A stretch of 64,000 bases of DNA from Candidatus Zixiibacteriota bacterium. Its GTDB lineage: Bacteria > Zixibacteria > MSB-5A5 > DASWLN01. Positions within the stretch are counted from its first letter, which is position 1. Each line of letters starts with the position of its first letter. Under the pieces are notes generated by a model, which saw nothing but the letters and a program-made list of their open reading frames with translations, was not told the origin of the DNA and ran no database searches. Location of the stretch: positions 72,204-136,203 of the forward strand of contig DASWLN010000168.1 of assembly GCA_036396115.1 (NCBI GenBank), in the 5' to 3' direction. The position numbers and the translations under genes are program-made. Shown piece by piece: positions 1 to 9,413 of this stretch.

Positions 1-9
1 GGGAGTGTT

Positions 10-264
10 ATGAAGAAAATCGTTTCAGTTTTTCTTGTGCTCTTGTTGTCAGTCGGCTCGTCTTTTGCCCGGGGAGACACCCTTGATTTTCGTGTGAAGA
101 CTGATGCGGGCAAGAGCAAACAAAATTACCCTGCAATTGCGGCCAGCGGTCAGGGGAGAACAGTTGCGGTTTGGCAGGATTATCGTTCGGGAAATAACTA
201 CGACATTTATGTTCAGCTTTTTGACTCCTCCGGCATAAAAATAGAGGGGAAAGTTCGTCTTTAA
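10..264 (+). CDS. N-terminal fragment of a secreted (T9SS-cargo-like) protein, apparently truncated
   Basis: Signal peptide MKKIVSVFLVLLLSVGSSFA. The ORF stops after 84 aa and runs directly into repeat DNA. A matching C-terminal remnant lies at 617-742 in another frame. Confidence 0.5.
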   Translation: MKKIVSVFLVLLLSVGSSFARGDTLDFRVKTDAGKSKQNYPAIAASGQGRTVAVWQDYRSGNNYDIYVQLFDSSGIKIEGKVRL

Positions 265-616
265 TAACTTTGGGTCATTCCTAAATAAGTTGCAGGGATT
301 TATATAAGAGATTGAATGATAAATCGTTCGACAAGCTCCCTTCGGGTCTGAGAGACAGCAGGGGCGTATAGCAGCCCATACCCCCTACCCAAAACCTTAA
401 TCAGTAGCGAAGTGTCGGGTAGATGAAAGCGAAGTGTCGGGTCACAAGACTGCCCAATCTCAAGACACATCTCAAGACCCAGAATTCGGGGAAGTCGTGG
501 AATTCGTGTCTCAAGATGCAGGATTCGCACAATGATGAATGCTACGGGTCCTAGATCTGCACTTTAAATACGAAAGAACGAAAAGTTCAGATTCTGATTG
601 ATCAAGAGATGAATAG

Positions 617-742
617 GGGTGCCGCTCAGTCTCTTGGGATGGAAAGGATCATAACAGCCAGCCAATAAGCAGTGGAATTTACTTCTGCGAGTTAAAAAGT
701 GAGCGATTCAGGTCGATAAAGAAGATGACTCTTGTGAAGTAA
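617..742 (+). pseudogene. Orphan remnant of a T9SS C-terminal sorting domain
   Basis: Translation reads ...SWDGKDHNSQPISSGIYFCELKSERFRSIKKMTLVK*. This parallels the C-terminus of the next gene (ITWDGKDNENRDLPSGVYFYKIETEGFVQSKKMLLLK*). The frame opens just after a TAG at 614-616 and has no start codon. Confidence 0.6.
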
Positions 743-765
743 AGAATAGGCTGATAGGAGGATTT

Positions 766-2571
766 GTGAAAAGAATAATCTTCTGGCTATTTTTGTCTTT
801 CTTTATTTTTTCTGTTTCCTTTGCAGTTGAGTTCAAAGTTAGCAAAGAATATGAAGAGACCCTGATTCGACAGGTAGAAGAACTTTATACTAACCAGGAA
901 CCAATCTACCCCCTTCCCAAATGCGGCACTCCAATAATGGCTGAGATTTCTCTGCTTAAGGAGAAACTAAGCTCTGAAGCATTGGAGTTGCTCAAATTTT
1001 ACTTAGCCAGACCGAGTTTGCAGAGAAGTTATAACACCCCGGGCGGGCATTTCAAAATCCATTATGACATTACTGGAACAAATACAGTCTATCACCCATC
1101 CGAAGACACAAATCCTGCTAATGGGATTCCGGATTATGTTGACAGATGTGCGGAGATTTTTGATTACGTCTGGGCTAAGGAAATAGATACTATGGGATAT
1201 AAAGCCCCGCCCAGTGACGGCTCTATGGGTGGGGATAGTCGATACGATATCTATATAATTAATTTAGGATATGGGTATTTAGGCGGCACCTCTCCTGAAT
1301 CACCACGTACTCCTTCCTGGAGTTACACCAGTTACATAGAGCTGACCAACGACTTTTCTGGTTATGGATATGCAAGTCAGTATGACCTGATGAGCGTAAC
1401 TGCTGGACATGAGTTCTTTCATGCCATTCAATTTGGATATGATGTATATGAAGGTTATGACCCCTATCCCAATTGGAAGCCCTATTGGATGGAGATGTCT
1501 TCAACCTGGATGGAAGACCAAACCTTCGATAATGTGAACGACTACCCTAATTACCTGCGGTTTTTCTATCGTTATCCTTGGGTATCGCTGAAAGCCTTTT
1601 CCAATGATTTTGGAGCCGATTCGGTTAGGGCATATCATCCTTATGCTTCGTGCGTTTTCGCCATTTATCTCTCGGAAAAATTTGGAGTTGGCGTAATGAA
1701 AGATATCTGGGAAGAATGTGGAAGGGTGCCAGACGCCAACACTCTCCCTGCTATTGATAGTGCCTTAGCTCCCTTTGGCGCTGATTTCGACAGCGCCTTC
1801 AAGGAATTCTTAGTTTGGAATCTCTTTACCGGCACGAGGGCAAACACGGTTAACTATTACTCAGAGGGGAATTTGTTTCCGGAGATTAACATCTTAAATG
1901 AGCAAAAACACAGCACTTATCCGGTAAATGTAACTTCAGTTGATTCTATGCCAGAGAACTTGGCTTCGAATTATGTTAGATTCACCCCACTTTCTGGTCC
2001 AGGGGGACTGGATATGACCTTTAATGGAGCTGACAATGCAGAATGGGTTGTGCCGGTGGTTGGGTACAAATCAGGTGGTGGAAATTCTATTGGCGCCTTT
2101 AGTTTGAATGCCCAAGGGGAAGGAAATTTTGACTTTTACAACTGGGATGATTACGATTATGTTTACATGACACCTGGGGTCCTAACCAGGGATTCGAGCA
2201 AGTACAATTACGCATACGCTGATACTTTCGATATCAATTTGGGAGTAGATGAAGACCAGCTTCCAGATAGAATGGAATATATCTTACCCCAAAACTATCC
2301 CAATCCCTTCAACTCTTCCACCAATATACCCTTCACCGTTTATGGTTCACAGTTCACAGTTGACAGCCGCATCCATACCACCCTCAAAATCTATAACATT
2401 TTAGGCCAAGAGGTGAGGACTTTAGTGGATGAACCAAAAAGACCAGGAAACTACGAGATAACCTGGGATGGAAAGGATAATGAAAACAGAGATTTACCAA
2501 GTGGAGTATATTTCTACAAGATAGAAACAGAAGGGTTTGTTCAGTCGAAGAAGATGTTGCTCTTGAAGTAG
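766..2571 (+). CDS. Secreted HExxH zinc-metalloprotease-like protein with a T9SS C-terminal sorting domain
   Basis: N-terminal signal peptide, HEFFH motif (TAGHEFFHAIQFGYD), and a C-terminal YPNPFNSSTNIPF...VYFYKIETEGF...LLLK typical of Por/T9SS CTDs. Confidence 0.75.
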   Translation: MKRIIFWLFLSFFIFSVSFAVEFKVSKEYEETLIRQVEELYTNQEPIYPLPKCGTPIMAEISLLKEKLSSEALELLKFYLARPSLQRSYNTPGGHFKIHYDITGTNTVYHPSEDTNPANGIPDYVDRCAEIFDYVWAKEIDTMGYKAPPSDGSMGGDSRYDIYIINLGYGYLGGTSPESPRTPSWSYTSYIELTNDFSGYGYASQYDLMSVTAGHEFFHAIQFGYDVYEGYDPYPNWKPYWMEMSSTWMEDQTFDNVNDYPNYLRFFYRYPWVSLKAFSNDFGADSVRAYHPYASCVFAIYLSEKFGVGVMKDIWEECGRVPDANTLPAIDSALAPFGADFDSAFKEFLVWNLFTGTRANTVNYYSEGNLFPEINILNEQKHSTYPVNVTSVDSMPENLASNYVRFTPLSGPGGLDMTFNGADNAEWVVPVVGYKSGGGNSIGAFSLNAQGEGNFDFYNWDDYDYVYMTPGVLTRDSSKYNYAYADTFDINLGVDEDQLPDRMEYILPQNYPNPFNSSTNIPFTVYGSQFTVDSRIHTTLKIYNILGQEVRTLVDEPKRPGNYEITWDGKDNENRDLPSGVYFYKIETEGFVQSKKMLLLK

Positions 2572-2572
2572 A

Positions 2573-2929
2573 TTAGTTCAATTGGAGTAGTTTCTTGGTA
2601 TTCAGTTTGAGCTGGTCCAAGTTGGAGGTCTTGACCAAATAGGCATCTGCTACCCAGGAGGAGAAATCAGACTTGAAGGTCTCGTAGGCGGAGTTGAGAA
2701 TAACCGGAATATCTTTATTAAATTGCTTTATCTCGTGCAAGACTTTTAAACCATCCATTTTTCTTATCTTTATATCCAGTATAACCAGGTCGGGAAGCTG
2801 TTTTTTGACCAAGTCCAAGGCAACTTCGCCATCCATAGCAGTTAAGACCTCGTAACCCTCATCCCGCATCTCCTTTGTGTAAAGCTCCAGGAGGTTGGGC
2901 TCATCTTCCACTATTAGTATTTTAGGCAT
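2573..2929 (-). CDS. Stand-alone response regulator receiver protein (CheY-like)
   Basis: ILIVEDEP...DLVILDIKI..MDG receiver motifs. 118 aa with no output domain. Sits 9 nt downstream of the histidine kinase gene on the same strand. Confidence 0.85.
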   Translation of the reverse strand: MPKILIVEDEPNLLELYTKEMRDEGYEVLTAMDGEVALDLVKKQLPDLVILDIKIRKMDGLKVLHEIKQFNKDIPVILNSAYETFKSDFSSWVADAYLVKTSNLDQLKLNTKKLLQLN

Positions 2930-2938
2930 AACTTCCTT

Positions 2939-4576
2939 TTAACTTTTTTGGTTCAAGGGGAGATGTATGGTAAATCTTGTTCCCTCGTTGGGCTTGCTCT
3001 GGACTTCAATAAATCCCGCATGGTCATCCACGATTTTTTTGGAAACTGCCAAGCCCAAACCGGAGCCAGTGGGCTTGGTGCTGTAGAAAGGTATAAACAG
3101 CTTTTTCATCTCGTTCTGGTTGATGCCACTTCCCGTATCCTCTATTTCTAATACGGCATAATTATCCTTTTTCTTGGTGCGGATGGTTAAAGTCCCCCCT
3201 CCGAACATAGCGTCTATGGCGTTCTCAATCAGGTTGAAAAGCACCTGTTTGATGCGGTGGGAATCAAGATCTGTCTCCTTGAGGTCATCGGAGAGAACAG
3301 TCTGCAGTAATATATTGTCATATTTGAACTTTGATTCCAGCACCTCCAAGGCTTCTTGGACAATACGATTCAGGTCGTTTCTCTGAATAGAGAGCTTACT
3401 TTCACGGGAGTAATCCAGAATCTGAGAGGTTATCTCCTCCAAGCGTTCCACCTCTTTGATGATAATTTCCAGATCGCGAAGGTCGAGCTTGCCGCTGGTG
3501 TAGTTTTTCAGGACGCGTCGCGCATATCCACCAATAGCGATAAGCGGGGTCTTGATCTCATGGGCGGCAGTGGTGGCTAATTTACCGATATCTGCCAGAC
3601 GTTCATGTTTCAATAGATAACTCTGGTTTTCCCTCAAAAGCTGGTTGATATGCTCCAGTTCCTGGTATTTCAATCTCAGTTCCCGGTGAAGTAGCATATT
3701 CTCAATCTCAGACCCGGCTTGGTTGGCAAAAGTCTCCAAGGCAAACAGATCCTCATCCAATATCGGCTCAGCGGTAATGAGGTTGTCAGCCACCAGAACG
3801 CCGAGCGGCTTACCCTCAGATAGAATCGGCACCACGACTATTCCACATGGGCTTAATATTTGGGCTAACTTATTATTACCCACTTGATTGGGTGGGAAAC
3901 TCTTTAGGTTCAAGGATTTCTTATCGGAGAGGGCCCAAGCGAGAATATTGTCCTGTGAATCGAGGGATAAAGCTATCTTTTTTGTTTTCTTGATCAACTC
4001 GTTTTCAGGTTTACCTTCCCCTTTGAGGATATTATGGATAATCTGGTCGAAAGTTATGTTTTTACTTTTTAACTCTTCCCAAATTTTCTCCGCCTCGTTG
4101 TTGTCCTGTGGCCCCAGTGCCATCTTCCCCTCTAGGACATTTCTCTTTTCATTAATCAGGAAGATGAAGGCGCGATTGAATCCAAAAGCTTGGCCAGCTG
4201 TGGCACCGCTTAGAATCAAGAGAAGCGATTTATCCAAATCATCTGATTTCAAAAGAGCATCCGAAACCTTCTTTAGGACGTTCAACTCCTCCAGCCTTTT
4301 CCTTAAACTCCCATCCGTGCTCTTGAGCTGGTCATTATAAGAATCCAGCTGAGAAAACAGGAATTTCGTAAAATAATTAGAAGTCTGGTCCGCCTGCCTT
4401 CTGCCTTTAGCTCTCAAAGACAGTTGATTGAAGGTCTGGCAATCCAGGCAGTTCTTGAGATTCTTATCCAATGGGAGTTCTGATAGGTCAGCTTGCTGGA
4501 TGGCTAATCTAAGCCAGCAGGTGGTATTGGAACTATAAGGGGTAGGGCAGTGAAATTGGTGTTTTGATTCTTCCAC
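2939..4576 (-). CDS. Soluble GAF-domain sensor histidine kinase with a Cys-rich N-terminus
   Basis: H-box TTAAHEIKTPL and HATPase_c motifs (DTGSGI, GSGLGL). The central region is GAF-like. No obvious TM segments. Four N-terminal cysteines (C10, C20, C43, C46). Confidence 0.85.
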   Translation of the reverse strand: MEESKHQFHCPTPYSSNTTCWLRLAIQQADLSELPLDKNLKNCLDCQTFNQLSLRAKGRRQADQTSNYFTKFLFSQLDSYNDQLKSTDGSLRKRLEELNVLKKVSDALLKSDDLDKSLLLILSGATAGQAFGFNRAFIFLINEKRNVLEGKMALGPQDNNEAEKIWEELKSKNITFDQIIHNILKGEGKPENELIKKTKKIALSLDSQDNILAWALSDKKSLNLKSFPPNQVGNNKLAQILSPCGIVVVPILSEGKPLGVLVADNLITAEPILDEDLFALETFANQAGSEIENMLLHRELRLKYQELEHINQLLRENQSYLLKHERLADIGKLATTAAHEIKTPLIAIGGYARRVLKNYTSGKLDLRDLEIIIKEVERLEEITSQILDYSRESKLSIQRNDLNRIVQEALEVLESKFKYDNILLQTVLSDDLKETDLDSHRIKQVLFNLIENAIDAMFGGGTLTIRTKKKDNYAVLEIEDTGSGINQNEMKKLFIPFYSTKPTGSGLGLAVSKKIVDDHAGFIEVQSKPNEGTRFTIHLPLNQKS

Positions 4577-4612
4577 ATCGTCCCCCGGATGGGTTTGGTC
4601 ATAATCTATTAC

Positions 4613-4641
4613 ATATTACGTTAAAATAGTGAAGGTGTCAA
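4613..4641 (-). promoter_or_regulatory. Sigma-70-type promoter for the kinase/receiver operon
   Basis: Minus strand reads TTGACA-17 nt-TAATAT, about 35 nt upstream of the kinase start codon. Confidence 0.5.
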
Positions 4642-4652
4642 CACTTTTTGTG

Positions 4653-4681
4653 TTGCAAATTTAGACTTCAGATGTTAATTT
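4653..4681 (+). promoter_or_regulatory. Candidate sigma-70-type promoter for nadC, divergent from the kinase promoter
   Basis: TTGCAA-17 nt-TAATTT. It ends 6 nt before the nadC ATG, which would imply a very short leader. Confidence 0.35.
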
Positions 4682-4687
4682 CAAAAC

Positions 4688-5548
4688 ATGAATTGGCAGG
4701 ACAGAAAATTTAAAGCTTTAATAGAAAGAGCTCTGGCCGAGGATGTGGGCACTGGGGATATAACATCTGAGGCAGTTATTGATAAAAGTTTAATGAATTG
4801 CGCCAAGATAAAGGTAAAGCAAAGTGGGGTTTTGGCTGGGATTTTCTTGGCGGAACAGGTCTTTAAGACTGTTGACCGAAAAATCAAATTCAAACTTTAC
4901 AAGAAGGACGGCTCGCAGATAAAAAAGGGAGAAACCATAGCGTTGGTTTGCGGTAAGACGAGAAGCATACTGCAAGCGGAAAGAGTAGCTTTGAACTTCT
5001 TGCAGAAATTATGCGGAATTGCCACTTTGACAAATGAGTTTGTAAAGAAAGTAAAAAAAACCAAAGTTAAGATTCTGGATACCAGAAAAACCACTCCAAC
5101 TTTGAGGCTTTTGGAAAAATATGCAGTCAGGATGGGTGGAGGGAAAAATCACCGCTTTGGCCTTCATGATATGATATTAATAAAAGACAATCATATCCGA
5201 GCATGTGGCAGCGTTAAACAAGCGGTCTTGAGGGCAAAATCCTTTATAGCTCAATCCAAACCCAAAAGGAAAATAAAAATAGAGGTGGAAGTAAGAAATA
5301 TAAGAGAATTGGAGGAGGCAATAAAATCAGGGGTGGATAGAGTGATGTTGGACAATATGCATACTGGTGATATCAGAAAATGCGTTAAGCTAGTGCGTTC
5401 CTCCAAGAAAAAAATAGAAATAGAAGTCTCAGGAAACGTCGATTTGAACAATGTAATAAAGATCGCCAGAACAGGAGTCGATTTCATCTCCATCGGAGCT
5501 TTGACCCATTCCGCTTTGGCACTGGATTTGAATCTGGTCTTATGCTAA
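4688..5548 (+). CDS. nadC: Nicotinate-nucleotide pyrophosphorylase (quinolinate phosphoribosyltransferase)
   Basis: Full-length NadC-like sequence (LDTRKTTP, IKDNHI, MLDN motifs). Confidence 0.9.
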   Translation: MNWQDRKFKALIERALAEDVGTGDITSEAVIDKSLMNCAKIKVKQSGVLAGIFLAEQVFKTVDRKIKFKLYKKDGSQIKKGETIALVCGKTRSILQAERVALNFLQKLCGIATLTNEFVKKVKKTKVKILDTRKTTPTLRLLEKYAVRMGGGKNHRFGLHDMILIKDNHIRACGSVKQAVLRAKSFIAQSKPKRKIKIEVEVRNIRELEEAIKSGVDRVMLDNMHTGDIRKCVKLVRSSKKKIEIEVSGNVDLNNVIKIARTGVDFISIGALTHSALALDLNLVLC

Positions 5549-5728
5549 TACAAATGGATTAATTTACGTTCAATAAATCTCCCCTCGCCCTCGCCTCGAT
5601 TCGGCCCGCCTCGGCGAGCCATCGGCGAGACGGGCGAAGCGGGTCTCTTTTCCAAAGAGGGGAAAAAAGAGGTCTCCCCCTTTGAAAAAGGGGGATTATA
5701 TGTAACAACATTTGATGCGTTTGCCATA
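5546..5728 (-). repeat. MITE-like TIR element, copy A (subfamily 2, carries the 56-nt GC-rich module)
   Basis: Ends are TAATACAAATGGATT ... GATGCGTTTGCCATA. Internal hairpins are CCCCTCTTTGGAAAAGAG and CCCCCTTTGAAAAAGGGGG (written in element orientation). It fills the whole nadC-birA spacer. Confidence 0.75.
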
Positions 5729-5730
5729 AC

Positions 5731-6717
5731 ATGGTTGATTTACTCTCCAATAATGCTGAAAAAGTCCTGAAGGTATTAAAGAGAAAGAAAGGCAGGTTTT
5801 TGGCCACCCGGAAGATCGCCGCTTCTGCCGGACTTTCCAGTTTTAACGTCTATCAATCGATTTACCACCTACAAAGCTGGGAATACCAAATAGAATCACA
5901 AAAGGGTAAAGGTTATCGTTTGGTAAAACCCACTGACCTTTTACTTCCTTTTGAGATAAAGGATAATCTTCATACCAAGTTTTTAGGTCAAAAGATTCAT
6001 TCCTATCAAACCCTCAAATCAACTAACCTGTTGGCTTATAAGTTGGCGGAAGCGGGCTCTCCTGAAGGGGCTATTGTCATCTCAGAAAAGCAGACCGCGG
6101 GAAAAGGAAGGATGGGACGAGAATGGTTTTCTCCATCCAAAGTGGGTTTATGGATGAGTCTGGTTTTGAGGCCGGACATTCCACCCTCCAAAGCAGCAGG
6201 GCTTTCGCTTTGTGCTGGGCTGGCTTTGGCTCAAACGATTCAAAATTTGTTTGGCTTGAAAGCAAAGATAAAATGGCCCAATGACTGTCTAATTAATGGA
6301 AAGAAAGTAGCGGGAATCCTTCTGGAACTTTCCGCTGAAATTGACCAGATTAGGTTTGTGATAATGGGGGTGGGAATAAATATCAATCAAAAGAGAAGCG
6401 ATTTTCCTTCGGGCTTACAGGATAAAGCCACATCCATCAGAATTGAGTTGGGCCAAAGAGTCAGGCGTTTAGATACTTTGAAGTCTTTTTTGGAGAAGTT
6501 TGAAAAGATATATCTGGTATTCAGAAAGAAAGGCTTGGGAACTTATCGCCAGGATATTAAAAAATACTCTTCGGTCTTAAACAAGGAAATTAGGATTAAG
6601 TCTGGAGACGAAGTCATAACCGGGAAAGCATATGACATAGACGATAATGGGTCTCTGGTAATTAAGACTAAAGATGGAACTAGGGCCATCATAACCGGAG
6701 AGGTGAACTTACTGTGA
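5731..6717 (+). CDS. birA: Bifunctional biotin-protein ligase / biotin operon repressor
   Basis: N-terminal HTH-like region plus the GKGRMGREW ligase motif and a C-terminal BirA-like domain. Confidence 0.9.
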   Translation: MVDLLSNNAEKVLKVLKRKKGRFLATRKIAASAGLSSFNVYQSIYHLQSWEYQIESQKGKGYRLVKPTDLLLPFEIKDNLHTKFLGQKIHSYQTLKSTNLLAYKLAEAGSPEGAIVISEKQTAGKGRMGREWFSPSKVGLWMSLVLRPDIPPSKAAGLSLCAGLALAQTIQNLFGLKAKIKWPNDCLINGKKVAGILLELSAEIDQIRFVIMGVGININQKRSDFPSGLQDKATSIRIELGQRVRRLDTLKSFLEKFEKIYLVFRKKGLGTYRQDIKKYSSVLNKEIRIKSGDEVITGKAYDIDDNGSLVIKTKDGTRAIITGEVNLL

Positions 6718-6770
6718 TTTGTGTCTCAACACGCAGATCTGCGTACAGACGCGGTGTGGGATATGGTTCA

Positions 6771-6990
6771 ACAGTTCGGCGAGCTCACTGTCCTGAGCAA
6801 AGTCGAAGGACAAGTTCACCATCCTGAGCAAGGTCGAAGGAAATTCCCGTCAGTAGAGACGCAACATTTTGCGTCTCTACAAATCACAGGGAATGCATTC
6901 CTGTGCGGGCCGCAAATTTATCGCGAGGCGACCCGTAGGGTCGCCTACACGGTTCGACTTCGCTCACCGTCCTGAGCAAAGTCGAAGGAC
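6771..6990. repeat. Mosaic of hairpin repeats
   Basis: Three GTTCG..CTCAC..TCCTGAGCAAAGTCGAAGGA-type units (6771-6810, 6811-6841, 6951-6990). Between them lie the perfect hairpin GTAGAGACGCA/TGCGTCTCTAC (6854-6881) and AGGCGACCC/GGGTCGCCT (6926-6946). Confidence 0.7.
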
Positions 6991-7009
6991 ATAATTCGTG
7001 GAGAAAAAA

Positions 7010-8347
7010 ATGGATGAAAGCATATTCAAATCTTATGATATAAGAGGAATTTACCCGCAACAGTTGAATGAGGATATAGCTTACAAACTGGGTCGGGCTC
7101 TGGTGGAGTACTTAAGGCCTCAGACTGTAGCTGTGGGAAGAGATGTGCGTCTCTCCTCGGAGAGCTTAGCTTGCGCTACAATCAAAGGAATAACTGAAGA
7201 GGGGGCAGAGGTAATTGATATCGGATTGTGTAGCACGGATGGGCTCTATTTTGCAGTTGGAAATTTCAAATACGATGGTGGGGTGATGATCACCGCCTCG
7301 CACAATCCTCCGGAATATAATGGTATGAAGGTCTGTAAGAAAGATGCGGTTCCCCTGAGTGGGCAAGAAGGATTAGACAAAATAAAGGAGTTGGTTCTAG
7401 GGAACAGTTTTCCTACAGTTAAGAAAACAGGCAAAATAACAAGACGCGATATTGATCAAGATTACACTTCGCATACCTTGTCCTTTGTTGATAAGGGGGA
7501 ATTAAAGCCCTTTAAGATAGTAATCGATGCAGGCAATGGGATAGCTGGAAAGATCGTTCCTCAAGTTTTCAGGGAATTACCCTGTAAGGTAATTCCCTTA
7601 TTCTTTGATTTAGATGGGACTTTCCCCAATCACTTGCCCAATCCGATCGTGCCGGAGAATACGGTTTCTTTGAGAGATGAGATCTTGAAACAAAAAGCTG
7701 ACTTGGGGGCTATCTTTGATGGAGATGCTGACAGGATGTTCTTAATGGATGAAAAGGGAAAACTCTTGGGTGGAGATATGGTTACTGCCCTGGTGGCTAA
7801 GAATCTATTAAAAAAAGAAAAAGGGGCTACCATTCTTTATAATCTGGTCTGCTCCAAAACTGTGCCAGAGATAATCCAGAAAAGTGGAGGAAAAGGAATT
7901 CGCACCAGGGTTGGCCATGCTCTGATAAAACCTCTGATGAAAAAGTACAATGCCATTTTTGGAGGAGAGCATTCAGGTCATTTTTATTTTCGCAACAACT
8001 GGTTCGCCGACTCGGGGTTAATTGCCCTTTTGGTCTGTTTGGAATTGATATCCGAGGAGAATAAACCTCTTTCCACCCTATTGGCGTCAATCGACCACTA
8101 CTTCCGTTCAGGCGAGATAAATAGTCAAGTAGCCGATATTCCGGGTAAGTTAAAAGAAGTTGAAAAGAGATATGCTGGTTCGGGAAAAATTGACCGTCTG
8201 GATGGCTTAACCATCGAGTTTGACACATGGTGGTTTAGCCTGAGAGCCTCCAATACCGAGCCGCTCTTGAGATTGAATATCGAAGCCACCAGCGAAGAGC
8301 TGTTGGGGCAAAAGAAAAAAGAGATGTTGGAGCTGATAAGAAGTTAA
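7010..8347 (+). CDS. Phosphomannomutase/phosphoglucomutase family enzyme
   Basis: TASHNPPEYNGMK phosphoserine loop and a DGDADR metal site. ATG 7010 is preferred over GTG 6998 because GGAG lies 7 nt upstream. Confidence 0.9.
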   Translation: MDESIFKSYDIRGIYPQQLNEDIAYKLGRALVEYLRPQTVAVGRDVRLSSESLACATIKGITEEGAEVIDIGLCSTDGLYFAVGNFKYDGGVMITASHNPPEYNGMKVCKKDAVPLSGQEGLDKIKELVLGNSFPTVKKTGKITRRDIDQDYTSHTLSFVDKGELKPFKIVIDAGNGIAGKIVPQVFRELPCKVIPLFFDLDGTFPNHLPNPIVPENTVSLRDEILKQKADLGAIFDGDADRMFLMDEKGKLLGGDMVTALVAKNLLKKEKGATILYNLVCSKTVPEIIQKSGGKGIRTRVGHALIKPLMKKYNAIFGGEHSGHFYFRNNWFADSGLIALLVCLELISEENKPLSTLLASIDHYFRSGEINSQVADIPGKLKEVEKRYAGSGKIDRLDGLTIEFDTWWFSLRASNTEPLLRLNIEATSEELLGQKKKEMLELIRS

Positions 8348-8373
8348 GCCTTAACAGATAACCCTGCTTGAAG

Positions 8374-8410
8374 TAGCCCGACTTGCATTTTGGGCTATTT
8401 TTTTATTTTT
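8374..8410 (+). terminator. Possible intrinsic terminator
   Basis: Short stem TAGCCC/GGGCTA followed by TTTTTTTATTTTT. Confidence 0.4.
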
Positions 8411-8497
8411 CTCAAGTAAGTTGGAAATCTTTCGATAAAAGGAATAGAGGAGAAACGTAACCTAATAAGCCACGAGTTGCTAAAGAAACGGTTGAGC

Positions 8498-9268
8498 ATG
8501 AATAAGCCCATTCGAGTTTTAGTGGTAGATGATGATGCTAAAATAAGAGAACTTCTACTGGATACCCTCTCTGCTTTGGGGTACGAAGCTTTGGGGGCAA
8601 GGGATGGGGAGGAGGCGCTAAGTCTGCTTGAAGATGAGAAAATAGACCTGGTAGTAACAGATATCAAAATGCCCAAACTCAGCGGAGTGGCATTGCTTCA
8701 AGAGATCAAGGAAAAGAATCCTGAGCTTCCGGTGGTGCTGATTACCGGTTACAATTCCATCTATCCTATGGAGGAGATGATAAACCAGGGGGCAAGTGGG
8801 TTCATCTCCAAGCCCTTCCGCATCGGGAGGATTGAAGAGTTAATAGTGAAAGTCTTGAATGCCAAACCAGAAAAAGGCGGAGCAAAAGGCAGTCCAACCA
8901 AGAAGATCTTGGTGGTGGATGATGATGAGGCGTTACGTAGCGTTTTGGAGGAGACCCTGGTCAGTTTTGGTTACAAGGTTACAACTGCTTCGGATGGCCA
9001 GGAGGCACTGGAGAAGCTGAAAGAGGAAAGCTACGATTTGGTGGTAACTGATATCAAGATGCCCCGAATGAACGGAAATGAACTTCTGAAGGAAATCAAA
9101 CAGGCTTCTCCTGGCATTCCGGTGGTGATCATAACAGCTTATCCGGCTGCCTATTCTCAGCAATGGATTATGGAAGAGGGGGCAGATGGTTACCTCACCA
9201 AACCTTTTCACATCGACAGAATAGATAAGTTGATTCGCGAATTGACCTTAGAGAGAACACCATCCTAA
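8498..9268 (+). CDS. Tandem double-receiver response regulator with no output domain
   Basis: Two complete REC domains (VLVVDDD...DLVVTDIKMP twice) joined by a short linker. Confidence 0.8.
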   Translation: MNKPIRVLVVDDDAKIRELLLDTLSALGYEALGARDGEEALSLLEDEKIDLVVTDIKMPKLSGVALLQEIKEKNPELPVVLITGYNSIYPMEEMINQGASGFISKPFRIGRIEELIVKVLNAKPEKGGAKGSPTKKILVVDDDEALRSVLEETLVSFGYKVTTASDGQEALEKLKEESYDLVVTDIKMPRMNGNELLKEIKQASPGIPVVIITAYPAAYSQQWIMEEGADGYLTKPFHIDRIDKLIRELTLERTPS

Positions 9269-9297
9269 GTAAATCCATCCTCTATTTTTTTAACAAG

Positions 9298-9394
9298 AGT
9301 ATTCCCACTTTTTTTCAAGACACATCAGAATGTCTTAATGGCTATTTCCTTTGGTTTCTCTCTCCCCTTGGGGGAGAGAGAAAGAGCGAGGGGG
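9298..9394 (+). repeat. About 97-bp intergenic repeat, family 2, copy 1
   Basis: By-eye alignment along its length with 25188-25284. Contains the hairpin TCTCTCTCCCCTTGGGGGAGAGAGA. Confidence 0.7.
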
Positions 9395-9413
9395 CTAGTC
9401 CTCTTTTTTTGGT

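Noticed and set aside
265-616. Clusters of short direct repeats (AGCGAAGTGTCGGGT x2, CTCAAGA x3) considered as a possible CRISPR array or iteron array.
   Set aside because: Spacing is irregular, unit lengths differ, and the motifs belong to dispersed repeat families seen elsewhere in the window.
5545-5807. ORF-track peptides inside the MITE-like elements. Examples: 5545-5727 and 5559-5807 on the minus strand, and 26430-26630, containing PPFSKGE / PLWKRD-like strings.
   Set aside because: They are translations of palindromic hairpins. The same text appears in both orientations and frames across copies. They lack RBS and start context, and they overlap real gene ends.
6721-6975. 84-aa ORF between birA and the phosphomannomutase gene. 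Similar ORFs occur at 29900-30389, 31631-31903, 39662-39952, 41079-41743, 46445-46753, 57445-57666 and 62072-62305.
   Set aside because: All lie wholly in hairpin-repeat mosaics, or run antisense from them into real genes. Their amino-acid strings (LSKVEG, VIPAEAGIQ-like, FQHL-like) are the usual by-products of such repeats, not conserved proteins.
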